A DNA stretch of 64,000 nt, taken from the NCBI GenBank assembly GCA_951406725.2, contig OX597831.1, positions 27,652,001 to 27,716,000 on the forward strand. Reading direction: 5' to 3'. The notes beneath the pieces were generated by a model, which worked only from the letters and a program-made list of their open reading frames with translations, did not search any database and was not told the DNA's origin. Position 1 is the first letter of the stretch. Every line of letters begins with the position of its first letter. The position numbers and the translations under genes were made by a program. The DNA comes from Octopus vulgaris. Its lineage: Eukaryota. Below are positions 38,427 to 53,012 of this stretch, one piece after another.

Positions 38427-38648
38427 ATAAAGACATACATACATACATGCTTGTCTTTGTCTCTACCATCACTTGACAGCCGATGTTGGTGTGTTTACGT
38501 TCTACTGACTTATCGGTTCGGCAAATAATTCCGATAGAATTAATACCAGGCTTACAAAGAATAAGGCCTGGGGTTGATTTTTTTTCGACTAAAAGGTAGT
38601 GCTCCCGCATGACCACAGTCAAGTGAGTGAAACAAGTAAAAGAATAAA

Positions 38649-38680
<32 letters not shown>

Positions 38681-38778
38681 CCGGAGTAAACACATAAATG
38701 TGAAACAAGGTGGAAAAAAGAGTACTCAAATACCAGTGGTAGAGTAATATGCTTTATTTTAAGCAGCAGAAAAATCAA

Positions 38779-38826
38779 CAAAATCTGTTACTCTGAGTTT
38801 CTCGTTGCCGTTCATCAGACAGTTTT

Positions 38827-38828
<2 letters not shown>
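38779..38828 (-). ncRNA. Minimal type I hammerhead ribozyme motif
   Basis: Minus strand reads CAAAAACTGT-CTGATGA-ACG(GCAA)CGA-GAA-ACTC(A)GAGT-A-ACAGATTTTG. GUA triplet; the 10.1-11.1 pair is mismatched. Confidence 0.7.
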
Positions 38829-38862
<34 letters not shown>

Positions 38863-39050
38863 ATATTAGGGAATAAATCCAAACTTACAGAGAAAAATTA
38901 GATTTAGGATTAAATCCAATTTTATAGTATAAATATATTATATTATATTAAATTAGAGATAAAACCACTATTAGGCAAATCAAACAGTGAAAAACATAAG
39001 CCAAAATTAATTTTATGTATTGATTTGCCTAATAGTGGTTTTATCTCTAA

Positions 39051-39098
<48 letters not shown>

Positions 39099-39206
39099 CA
39101 TATATATATATATAAGTATGTATATATATATATAAGTATGTATATATATATATATGTATGTATGTATGTATGTATATATGTATGTATGCATGTATGTATG
39201 TATGTG

Positions 39207-39257
<51 letters not shown>

Positions 39258-41775
39258 ATGTATGTATGTATGTATGTATATGTATATATCTCTGGATATA
39301 TACATATACATACATACATACATACATACATACACGCGATCCAGAGAGGAGTGGACAGCGTGCTGTGACCAGCGGTGTCAAATGGACGCCTGACGGACTG
39401 GTCGGTCAAAGTGATCAAAGTGATATGTATATATATATGCATGTAAAGTCGCGTGGGCTGGTGGTTAGGCTGTTGCACTCACGATTGCTAGATCGTGGGT
39501 TCAATTCCAGGACTAGTAAACGCAAATGTACATGGGTAATTCTGCGACGGAATAATCTTCCGATCTGGGGTGCTGGGGGTGGGGGTGTAATGTTGGCTTG
39601 CTTGTCCAGTCAGCGGGTTAGCATCATTTGAAGGCGAGAACAATGCGAAGCATAATTTGACCAGCGATATACAGTAACACCCGCTAGTCTGGTCAATACC
39701 GTGATAGGTATATATGTAGGTATATAAGATACAGTGTACATTTAAACACATTAAGAGGTTTCCATCATAGGAATCCTTTACACTAGAAAGAACAGCTAAA
39801 GTCCAAACCACTAATTAGGGGTAAATTTTCGAAGGGAATGAAAAATAATAACATTTACCATCTCTTTACTGGTTCATGGTTTCTGACTTATTCTAGAAAA
39901 TAAAATAATTTACTATGGCGAAGTCTTCATCAACAGGGTCGATAAGATTAAATATATAAACACGAGGCCAATCCAGCAAGTGCCCCTTGTTTATATATTT
40001 TAATTTTGTTTTTCAAATCCACCAAGCAAACGCAGTGTCTTCTACTATTTTGTCGACAGCATATAGGTATATATGTATGTAAGTGTACGTATATATGCAT
40101 ATATATATATATATATATGTATGTGTGTATTTTTGTTCTTTCTCGAGCCATGCTTGGCTCATAACGGCCGGTTTCCCGATTTCCTTGGCGTATAGGTTCC
40201 CCACCTGGACGGGGCGCCGGTCCGTCGCAGGTGAGATGCAAGATGCAGGAGGAAAGAGTGAGAGAAAGTTGTGGCGAAAGAGTTAGCAGAAGTTCGCCAT
40301 TACCCTCTGCCGGAGCCGCGTGGAGCTTAGGTATTTCGCTCATAAACGCACACATCGCCCGGTCCGAGATTCGAACCCGCGATCCCTCGTCTGCGAGTCC
40401 GCTGCTCCAACCTATTTCTTTATTACCCACAAGGGGCTAAACACAGAGGGGACAAACAAGGACAGACATAGGTATTAAGTCGATTACATCGACCCCCAGT
40501 GCGTAACTGGTACTTAATTTATCGACCCCGAAAGGATGAAAGGCAAAGTCGACCTCGGCGGAATTTGAACTCACAACGTAACGCAGACGAAATACGCCCG
40601 GCGTGCTAACGTTTCTGCCAGCTCGCCGCTGCTCTAACCACTAGGCCATCTGCCTCTACTTATGTATGTGTTTATGCATGTATGCGTGCATTTACACATT
40701 GTGCATATGTATAAACATCTGTATGCATGCATTTTTGCATGTATGTAGGTAAATTCTCTTTCTGCCTTTAATTTAGTGTTAATTTTGACCGGTTGTAATG
40801 TTGTGAAGGAAAGCATTTTGTTTTGTTCAGCGTCCTTTTTAAACCGCAACAACATTTTGCAGATCATTTGTAGCGTATGAATGAAGGAGATTCATTCTCT
40901 TCACGAAAATCTACATTCAACCGTACTTTGCTTCATGCGGGCTGGTACGTATCCAGCTGTTCCAGTAGTAATAAGTATGAAACTGAAAATGTAGTTTGAG
41001 TACTGGATTTGCCAGCTCTTTATCAATGACCCATAGATGTCCTTTATCAATGACCCATATATGTCCTTTTGTTTCCCTCTACTTTTCTGACCACATTGGT
41101 GTCCAGAAGGCAGCTGATTTCCACAGCAGAACATATTTTCTTGTGGGCTCACAAGAAAATATCTGATTGGTAGTGTTTTAACCGATGTTCTTTTGATCCA
41201 TCTTTTGACCTATCGGTCTCAGTATCATCAACTTGAAACTGGAGAATAAGAAATTTGGAGAAGTTTTGATAAGATGAAAAGAAATTTCAGTTGTGACTGC
41301 AAACACCAATGATAATTGGGTAACAAGATTCCGCTTCACTTTTTTCTTATCTTTCTTTTTTCTTTTTTTGCTTTGAGACATTAAATGTACTTGTGACTCC
41401 CGAAAATTTGGGCGGGATTACAGATTCTAGTTCTCATCAAATATATATTGAAACAGCTGTTCGATAGAACATCTTTAAACACACACCCAAACACACACAT
41501 ATATATAGGCATAGCTATATATTTATATAAGCATAGTATAGTGTGTGTGCGCGTATGTGTGTGTATGTGTTTGTGTGCATATATACTCTTACTCTTTTAC
41601 TTGTTTGTCATTTGACTACGGCCATGCTGGAGCACCGCCTTTTAGTCGAGCAAATCGGCCAGGACTTATTCTTTGTAAGCCTAGTACTTATTCTTTCGGT
41701 CTCTTTTGACGAACCACTAAGCTACGGGGACGTAAACACACCGGGGGGGGGGGGAGACAAACACAGACACCCTAG

Positions 41776-41824
<49 letters not shown>

Positions 41825-42416
41825 GTATACATATATACGACGGTCTTTGAGTTTCCCCCTACCAAATCCACTCACAAGGCTATAGTAGAAGACACTTGCC
41901 CAAGGTGCCGCGCAGTGGGACTGAACCCGGAACCATGTGGTTGGTAAGCAAGCTATTTACCACACAGCCACTCCTACGCCTATGTTAGATAATAAATATC
42001 TTTATTAGTTAAGCCTTTTCCGTGGTAGTTTATGAGAGTGTTAAGTTTAAACATTGTTTTTGATTGTTGGTAGTTGCTTACTATTTTATATCTTGAAGTA
42101 GAGTTGATGCGCGGCAACTTGGCGCCATGTGTCTTTAACAATGTGTGTGTGTGTGTGTGGGGGGTGCATGCGTGAATGCTCACGTGTGTATGTGTATGTA
42201 CCTACGTTTGTGCTTGTTTGCCGCCACTTCTGACAACCGGTGCTGGTTTGTTTATATCTCCGAAACGTAGCTGTTCGGCTAAGGGGTCCTATAAATAAGT
42301 TCCAGACTTTAAAAAAGTAAGTCCCGGGGCAAGTCTGTTCTACTAAACACCCCCAAGCCATTATCCCAGCATGGCTGCACTCCAGTGACAGATATAAGAT
42401 ACATACATTCTTACAT

Positions 42417-42463
<47 letters not shown>

Positions 42464-42481
42464 TTCTCTCCCCCTCCACCA

Positions 42482-42523
<42 letters not shown>

Positions 42524-43167
42524 CATGAACTTTTATATCTCCATTAGCATATATTTGTACCGGAAAAAAAATCCAGATGTTTTCGGCATTTCTCAAATTC
42601 CTATGTAATACATAGAACAACTGATTTAGCAAGCATCTGAATTATACTGAAGAATTTCTTCAGAAATACTTTAGCGTACTGATACGGAGAAGCTACGTTT
42701 TGCCGAAGAGCACTTAAAGAGAAACGAAACAAAACACATCCGCAATTATTTCCTGTAGCTGCCAGAGAAAAAGATAACGTTAATAATAAACTGGCATTGT
42801 ATGTCACTTAACGTATATTAATAAATTTATCTGCTTAATATTGTAATCATAGCGCATACTTTTACCTAATTTACAATCAATTATCATTCGACTGGCGCCT
42901 CAAGCTGAATTAATCCGAATCTGCACATTAATAATGCATGTTTTCTACCCACCCACCTACCTACCTACCTACCTACCTACCTACCTACCTACCTACCTAC
43001 CTACCTGCCTATCTATCTAACTATCTACCTCTATTTATCTTTCTTTCTATCTCTACCTCTCTCTCAGCCTCTCTATTTCTCTTGCTTTCTCTCGATGTAT
43101 GTATGTATGCATGTGTGTATGTATGTGTGTATGTATGTAAGTAGGTAGGCAGGCAGCCAGACAGGCA

Positions 43168-43212
<45 letters not shown>

Positions 43213-43265
43213 ATATATATACACACATATATATATTTATGTATGTATATATGTATGCATGTATG

Positions 43266-43296
<31 letters not shown>

Positions 43297-43317
43297 TGTC
43301 TATCTGTCATAGTCATA

Positions 43318-43353
<36 letters not shown>

Positions 43354-43595
43354 TGTATGTATGTATGTATGTATGTATGTATGTATGTATGTATGTGTGT
43401 GTGTATATATGTATATGTGTATATGAATGCATTCACAAATATACAGCACAGGCAGCTATAAAAACAAACAGATACTCACATACTCAAGCATATAAATAAA
43501 AACATATATATATATATATATACTGAGCGCCTAATAATAATAATACTGTAATTGTTCCACGTGTTGTTGTTTTTTCTGTTTTCCCGTTTGGATTA

Positions 43596-43637
<42 letters not shown>

Positions 43638-44624
43638 AACATACAAGTGTGTATGCTATCTATATACATATACATTTGTAATTTTGTCACAGACTAATCA
43701 GTAATCTTCGTGACTGAACTATAAAGTTTTCCGGGTGTTTTACAACGAGGACGACGACAACGGCCACGGCAACGGCAATGGTGATGATGACGATGGCGAT
43801 GACGATGGACATGGACATGATAAATAAATAAGACATATGCTAACAGTATCGTAACTACGTTTCCACTCTGTGTTTAGTGTTTAATTTGGGGGACGAAAAG
43901 TGGGAGTGGGAGCATTAGTAGTAGTTGGAGTGGAGGCGCAATGGCCCAGTGGTTAGGGCAGCGGACTCGCGGTCGTAGGATCGCGGTTTCGATTCCCAGA
44001 CCGGGCATTGTGAGTGTTTATTGAGCGAAAACACCTAAAGCTTCACAAGGCTCCTGCAGGGGGTGGTGGTGAACCCTGCTGTACTCTTTCACCACAACTT
44101 TCTCTCACTCTTTCTTCCTGTTTCTGTTGTACCTGTATTTCAAAGGGCCAGCCGTGTCACACTCTGTGTCACGCTGAATCTCCTCGAGAACTACGTTAAG
44201 GGTACACGTGTCTGTGGAGTGCTATCACGAGCAAGCTGTTCCGTTGATCGTATCAGCTGGGAACCTCATCGTCGTAACCGACGGAGTGCTCCTAGTAGTT
44301 GGAATCAGCCATAATGGTGGTGGTGGTGGTGGTCGTCGTCGTCGTTGTCATCGGTGCAGAGAAGGAGGCCAGTCCTTGTGTTACCCATTCAAACGCTAGA
44401 GCTTAAAGACCACTTCGCCTTTTAAATTACCTCTGTCCAAGCCATTCTCTCCACGTCAGGAATTGAATTCAGTGCTTCAGGTTAACAAGTTAACAAAAAA
44501 ACAAAATTTCTAATTTCTAAAACTCCATTGCCCCTTTCCCCAAACGACAGAACTGCTGTTACAGCATGAAACCTGTTTACAGCTGGGTAAAGTCAGAGTC
44601 ATTTGACGGTAGTGTGTTTGGGCG

Positions 44625-44838
44625 TGTTCCTGAAAAGTTCCTGGCTTTAAGGGAATCGCGGAAGGCCTGATTGGAGACCCAACCTTCCAAGTTTTTTTAT
44701 AGGGCTTAGAAAAACTGAAGGACAGCTGCAATAAGTCAGTGAATCTGAGAGGGGAATATGTTGATTAAAGTCATAATTAACTGATCCTCCTATATTTTAT
44801 TTTACCCAAAGCCAAGAACTTTTCAGCACCTCTTCGTA
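44625..44838 (+). mobile_element. Mariner-derived MITE
   Basis: TIR-like ctgaaaagttcctggc ... gccaagaactttttcagcacctcttcgta. Retains a transposase C-terminus GLEKLKDSCNKSVNLRGEYVD*. Confidence 0.7.
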
Positions 44839-45277
44839 AACTTAATACAGCAGGTAAGTCAAACTGCAGAGTGTTTATGGGCCGCATTGCTAATCGACTT
44901 TGCCATGGGGGCCGCATATTTTTAAACAATCGTTTACAACAAAGATTTCCGTCATATCAATTGTTTATTATCGAGGAGAAAATCTTTTAAAACCTTTTAT
45001 TTGCTCATCAAAAGTCCTATTTTTCTTAATTGAATTACAACTCTCTTTTACTCTTTTAGTTGTTTCAGTCATTTGACTGCGGCCATGCTGGAGCACCGCC
45101 TTTAGTCGAGCAAATCGTCTCCAGGACTTATTCTTCGTAAGCCTAGTACTTATTCTATCGGTTTCTTTTGCAGAACCGCTAAGTTACGGTGACGTAAACA
45201 CACCAGCATCAGTTGTCAAGCGATGTTGGTGGGGACGAACACAGATACACATATACACGCACACACACATAGACACG

Positions 45278-45309
<32 letters not shown>

Positions 45310-47290
45310 CGACAGGCTTCTTTCAGTTTCCGTCTACCAAATCCACTCACTTATATTTATAATTTAAAATTTTGGAGGTTCCCTTTCTTAAAACCTCTAG
45401 CTACGGCTCTTGCGGGTCGCACTTGTGTTTGGAAAGGGCCGAGCGTTTGACATGGTTGCAATACTGTGACCTTGCCAGGATACAAACATCTGATCTTGTT
45501 GTCGCTATTCTGATCCTTTATCCATGTAGCAAGGGTATCTAACAGGTTAAATATGCTTTGTTATTTCTAATAAATTATTTTTATGACACACTAACGTAAT
45601 AAAACAGATGATATACGACCAGGACAAATAGAGGAGCAGGTAAGGGAAGATTCGATGGAACATTGGGGCAGCAGAATGGCAAAACCAAAAAGGGAGGTAG
45701 ATTGGCAGAATCGGAGGAGCATTTGGGTGAAGACAATTAAAACCGGTAGACCGATGGATGAAATGTGATACTGCGGAGAAAAATATTAATGGTTATATAA
45801 CAAGTATGTTTCTGGATAAGAAAGAAGGGTGAACAGTTGTTGAAGAGATACCAACACGTAATTGAAACATGGCTTATACTTCCGTTGCCCCTTATTCTGC
45901 CTTCAAATATATTGTATATAAAAAGGTAGTTTACATTCGTCATAACACAGTTTTCGCTGAAATGAAATTATAAATAAATCCTGTAGTGACTTTTTAGAGA
46001 CCACACCCACCTCTACCTCGGTGAAGTAATTTGTGAGGAGGTCACACGATTGATTGTTTACCAGGACCATTTTCCACTCCTTATATGATAGTCAGAATGT
46101 GTATCTTATTTATTCCTTTGATAATACGTTACGGCAAATGGTTTTTGCACAAGTATGCGCCAGACTATGAAATGTACAGTATAACTATGAAACACTTCCG
46201 TACACTTTTGAAACATATGTAGTGCATAGCTGCTTCTTCTGTTCCATTCACACACACACACACACACACACATCTTACAACCACTTAAGGTACACTAATT
46301 CATAAAATTTCATCAACTATTGGATAGATATATAAATGTGCATATATATTTATACACACATTCACACACATGCATGTGTGTGTATGTGTGCGTGTGTGTG
46401 TGTATATAATTACCGATGAAGGTTTATGAACTAGTGTACCCGATAAGACTGTGATATAAACATCACAATCCTTAACCACAAGCCTTAACGACTGACTTTT
46501 GCATTTAATGAATTTAATTTATTTATTTAATTAATTAACGAACGCAGTGACCGTTAAAGTCTTTGGGTATAACACAAAGTAATCTTTAGTAAGAGAAATA
46601 AACATTGCTGGCATGCTGATAATTTAAGTGAAATACACAGAGATACACAAACGTATATATATATATATACACAAGCAAACACATACTCACACGCACGTAC
46701 ACACATGCATGTATACACGCACTCACATACGCGCGCACACACACACTAAATATATGAGACACATGTTCAAGATGTTGCATTATGTGATTGACCACGGAAC
46801 GTCGCAGTTCAATCCTTTAATCCACTCAAATCTGTTAGTATGGTCAGCTCTCCTACAATCTCTTTATCTAACTCTGTACTGAACAAGTTTACAATGTTCT
46901 CTTATCTAACTCTGTACTGTACAAGTTTACAATGTTCTCTTATCTAACAACAAACCCTGCCACCTCTGTATCGCGGAATCTTAAAATATTCTTTTATTTA
47001 CGACAATAAACCCTGTCTACACTGTATCGAAGAAATCCTTCGAAATCCTCTTGTTTAAACATCTTTTCTTGCCAATGAATATATTTATATGGATGTCAGT
47101 GAGAATATATGTTAGAAAGGGAGAGGAGAAAGAGAACGATAGACAACGATAGAGTGTGTACGTTCGTGAAATGTGCTCTTGCATTCGTGCATGTCTATGC
47201 TGTGGATTCTGTAAAATGCCTGAGTGGTTAAACATGTGTTTCTTTTAATTTTATGAATGGATTGCGTGTGTGGTGGAGGAGGCGTTGGAG

Positions 47291-47348
<58 letters not shown>

Positions 47349-47404
47349 TGTGTGTGTATGAGTGTATGCGTATTTAGCCATGTAAGTCTAGTGGCTTTAC
47401 TTAC

Positions 47405-47425
47405 TTTTGCAGTGGTTCGGATCAT
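47405..47425 (-). CDS. Candidate start-codon exon of the SLC28 gene (MIRTTAK)
   Basis: Acceptor ttgatttcttgtttcAG (exon start 47473), ATG at 47425 and donor AA|GTAAGT at 47404. Phase 0 is compatible with the 35326 exon. No homology support. Confidence 0.3.
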
Positions 47426-47678
47426 GTTACAATAATATAACTCTTAATCACTCTTAAACTTCCATTCTAACAACTGAAACAAGAAATCAATACAGTATTT
47501 CGAATACTAATGAACGAATGCACACCACTGAACTAGCACACAGCAGTATGTTTATTAATCCAGCATTCGCACCAATATATATATATATATATACAAACTT
47601 AAAAGTCTATAAATTTTCTCTCTTCTTCTGCGGAGTGTGGTGGCGATATATAAACATATATATATATACATACATATA

Positions 47679-47718
<40 letters not shown>

Positions 47719-48498
47719 CATATAAACATATATATATATATATACATACATACATATAAACATATATATATACATACATACATATAAACACATATATATA
47801 TATATACATACATATAAACATATATATATATATATACATACATATAACATCCCCAACGCAGTATTTGATTTATGCCGTGTTTTATGACTAACTAGAGGTT
47901 CAAATGTATGTGAATGATGGCATGCATCAGCATTAATCAGATATGCACACACATGTGGTCAAACCATGTGCACGCGTCAACAACACACTGACGTGTCTAT
48001 ATATGTAGATTTATGACTAACCTTACATATCTTGTGGTAGTTCCCTTTTTACTTATTTTTTGAGACAGTTGGCTGTGACGGTTTGGCCGCCATATTTTAA
48101 CATCAGTTTTTGTAACACACACACACACACACACACAGACACACACAGACACACAGACACACACACACACACAGACACGGACAAAATGTTGGCATGTCAT
48201 TGATGAGGTTGCGCTTAGCACCGAAAGGACTTTGGCAAACATAGCTAATTGGTAGATTTCCCGAACGACTAATCAAAGAAACGATAAAATTCACTGATTA
48301 AATCACGGATCAAGTACAATAAAGAAGTGAAATACAGTCAGTGTGTGTATTTATTATCGGCATAATAGCCGCCTAAAATACATCAAAATATGCTTCAACA
48401 CACGACTTCACATCAGCAATCTGGAAAACCAAATACAAAAATGAAATATAGATATATGTATGCATATACGTAAGTACGTTCGAATGTACGCATGTATG

Positions 48499-48539
<41 letters not shown>

Positions 48540-48669
48540 TATATATGTATATACATAGATAGACAGACAGACAGACGTATATATATTATGAATATATGAT
48601 TATACATATATACGTACATACATACATGCATATATATATATATATATATAGATAGACAGACAGACAGAC

Positions 48670-49007
<338 letters not shown>

Positions 49008-49668
49008 GTGAATGCCGAAAGAGGAAATGAGTGCTCAACAACACATTGGTGGATATGTAATTTCGTTATTTCTGAAGTAAGGCTACCATTGGTTTCATGT
49101 TAAGAAAAGTAGGAAAATATCCTAGTGTCTTAACAATTTTTCAAACCGATCACATGGCGAAATATGTTCGCCTTCATCGTTCACGGGATTTCTGACAGAC
49201 AGACAGATACGTATGTATACGTACGTATATACATGCAAACATATATACAGGCTGACTGACAAACCCGTAGACAGGTATTAAATGAAGATTTAGAAGTGAG
49301 ACACATCCCTGGCCACAAAACCTCAAATATACATAAACACATATATAGTTTCGGCACTTGTAACATATCCACCGTATACACGCGCGTTCACCGACCCCTT
49401 TGACGTTCCCTCTGAAGACACTTTCGTGCGTGTCGAAGCAACGAAATGTAATGACTTTATGAGTAGATCGGGTGTATGGGTAGGGAGGGAGATAATGGTG
49501 TTTCTCAAAACACCCCCCACCACCATCATCTCACCTATCTTTAGTCAATTAGGTCATTTTTGACATATATAATTGATCTTCACCTCTTATCATTTACGTC
49601 CTTCCGTTCTCCTATCGTACCAGCTAAAAATGCAAGTACATCTCTCACTCTCTCTCTTTATCTGTCTG

Positions 49669-49703
<35 letters not shown>

Positions 49704-49760
49704 GTCTGTCTATCTGTCTGTCTACCTACCTACCTACCTACCTATCTACCTACCTACTAC

Positions 49761-49791
<31 letters not shown>

Positions 49792-49828
49792 CCTACCTAC
49801 CTACCTACCTACCTACCTACCTACCTAC

Positions 49829-49877
<49 letters not shown>

Positions 49878-50620
49878 ATCCTATCAGTATATTCGTGAGA
49901 TCCTACTTTAACAAGGTATTCTTTGGAAAAATTTTTAAACAAGGAAGTAAATTCTACAGCCAATCGAACCGTCTTGCATATTCGAATAGTTTATCATTAA
50001 ATTGGTTTATTCCCTGTCTATCTGTCTGTCTGTATCCTCTTTTTTTTTTAATTATTAGAAACCTTCCACTGAGGAGGGAGCTGGTTTCCAACAAAGATAC
50101 ACGGCTCCAACTTTGGGATGTCGTTAACACGGACAAATTCACATTTGGAACTTGAGAAAAGTCTTGCATATTTTTACTGTCCCACTCACAGATTGCACTT
50201 TTAATGTACGAATTAGCCGGTCAGTTTCTCTTTCTGAAAATCACAGTTTATCCAAATTCTCCTTTAAGCATTTACTAACAAAACCTAATATGTATATGCA
50301 CGAGCGTATCTATGTCCTGGGTAATATGTTAAACTACATTCTGTGGAGGGGCTCTGATTTGGTAGTTCCAAGATTCTGAGGAGTGTGTCAGTCACTACTG
50401 TTCCCAGGTCAACACTGTCCCGTTTTAGTAACACTTGTCAGGGTCCTAACTATAGGGTAGCTAGCATATCTCATGGCATCCCATCTGATCGCAGAGTGTT
50501 TCATGTGCATATGTTAATTTACCTTCATTTTGACCACTTTCGCAGAGATCAGTAAATGTTCTGTTTACCGATTTCTATGTCGGAACAATAATTTTTCGAC
50601 TGAGCTTGGAACATTTGAAT

Positions 50621-50670
50621 AATCGTCACTGAAGAGACCAAATCAAGTCGAAACATTGTGTTTTGCGATT
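50621..50670 (+). ncRNA. Degenerate minimal hammerhead motif
   Basis: AATCGTCA-CTGAAGA-GAC(CAAATCAA)GTC-GAA-ACA(TTG)TGT-T-TTGCGATT. Stem I imperfect. Confidence 0.5.
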
Positions 50671-50966
50671 CATCAGGATTCCGAACGAGACTGTGTTTTT
50701 AACAAATGAATCTCTTTGAGAAGAATCTCTGAGACAGAACATTACAGCAAGCATTGTTTTACATTTGTATATACTGTATAGATGTTATACACTTCGGTGT
50801 TTTATATAAAGCGTTATGGTATTTCATAATCTACAAGATCGCTGTGAAAATATGGGACAAACAAGATGTAAATACTGAGAAGTTACAAGTCTTGGAGTTA
50901 TTCCGAGACACTCTTTAAAAGTATTTCAGTTCAGAAATGTTTACAAGCCATATGTTATGGTCATCG

Positions 50967-51294
<328 letters not shown>

Positions 51295-51659
51295 CGGTGA
51301 TGATGATGACGATGACGATGATAATAATTTCAAATCGTGGTACAGGGCTTGCAGTTTCTGATGGGAGGGTGAGTCGATTGCATCGAACCCATTGCTAAAC
51401 TGGTACTTATTTCACCGACCCCGAAAGGATGAAAGGCAAAGTCGATCTCGGCAGTATTTGAACTCAGAACGTAAAGACGGATGAAAGGCCGCTTAGCATT
51501 TTGCCTGGCATGCTAACGATTCTGCTCAATATTAAGGTAAGTTCAATCAAAGGTTGGGTTTTTCTGAACCGGAGGTTAACTAATGGCGTAACAGTGTAAT
51601 TTGGTGACTAGAAAGGATCGTTATTGTTTATAAGTGACCGAGAAAGAGAAAGAAGCGAC

Positions 51660-51691
<32 letters not shown>

Positions 51692-52395
51692 GGAGAGAGA
51701 GGGAGAGGGGGAGAGAGGGAGACGGTGGGAGAGAAAATGCAGAAAACAGATAGTAGAAGAGAAAGAATGTAGACGATAGAGAATAAGTCATTGATTTCTG
51801 GTTTTAGACAGATAGAAAAGGAAAAACAAAAAGAGAATAAAAATAAAGAAAACAAGAGCAGAGAAGAAAGGAAAGAAGGGAAAGGAGGAGAGAGGAGAGA
51901 AAGAGAGAGGGGAGGAGGAGGAGGAGGAAATGAAGGAAAGGAGCTGAAATTATGAAAAGAAAAGAACGAAAGAGAAAACAAACATCTGAAATCTCTCAAT
52001 GTTTGCTCCAACAAAATAAGAGGGAAATATTGGTTTACGTTTTGCGTAAAGAGTTCGCACAAAGGGGGATAAATTACGTTTCGTGTATGATTAGGGTATT
52101 ATTACCGTGAATGTACTTGTGGAAAGATTTATAAAGCAGATAATAAAGAAACAGGATATATAAAGCAGATTATTGAGTGAAAGTAAAAGTGAAAGAATAA
52201 AAAAAACAACTTTGCTTATTCAGTGAAACCTGCTTATTACAATAACCGATTGATAACATTATCCATACTCATTATAAACTGCGTCAATTGTAAGGGTTAT
52301 GTATGTAGGTATATTCATACACATAGAGATACATACATACATACATATAAATATATATATATACATACATACATATAAATATATACATATATATA

Positions 52396-52454
<59 letters not shown>

Positions 52455-52915
52455 GGCGGGGGTCAAATTTACAGAAGACAAAAGACAGGTGAAGGAACAA
52501 CAAACAGGTGTATTAGTTTGAGGCTCGGGAAGAACAGAAACTAAGCATTGTGTAGTAAGAAGTTTGCTTCCCAACTACACGATCCCAGGTTCAGTCCCAC
52601 TGCGTGGCACCTTGGGCAAGTGTCTTCTACTACATCCTCGGGCTGACCAGAGCCTCGTGAGTGGATTTTAGACGGAAATTGAAAGAGGTCCGTTGTTTAT
52701 ACACACACACATATATATATGAGTATGCGTGTGTGCCCACCACCGTTTGATAACCACTGTTGGTGTGTTTACGTCCATGTAAGCTAGCCATTCGACAAAA
52801 GACACCTATGTAATAAGTACTATGCTAAGTACTGGGATCAATTCATTCCATTTAAACATTTTCAATACGGTATCCCAGCATGGCCGCAGTTTAATGACTG
52901 AAAAAAGCAGACGAT

Positions 52916-53012
<97 letters not shown>

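Noticed and set aside
49385-49450. CTGAAGA-containing hairpin (also CTGANGA at 535, 25451, 36070 and 53445)
   Set aside because: No correctly placed GAAA, stem III or stem I, so not callable as hammerheads.
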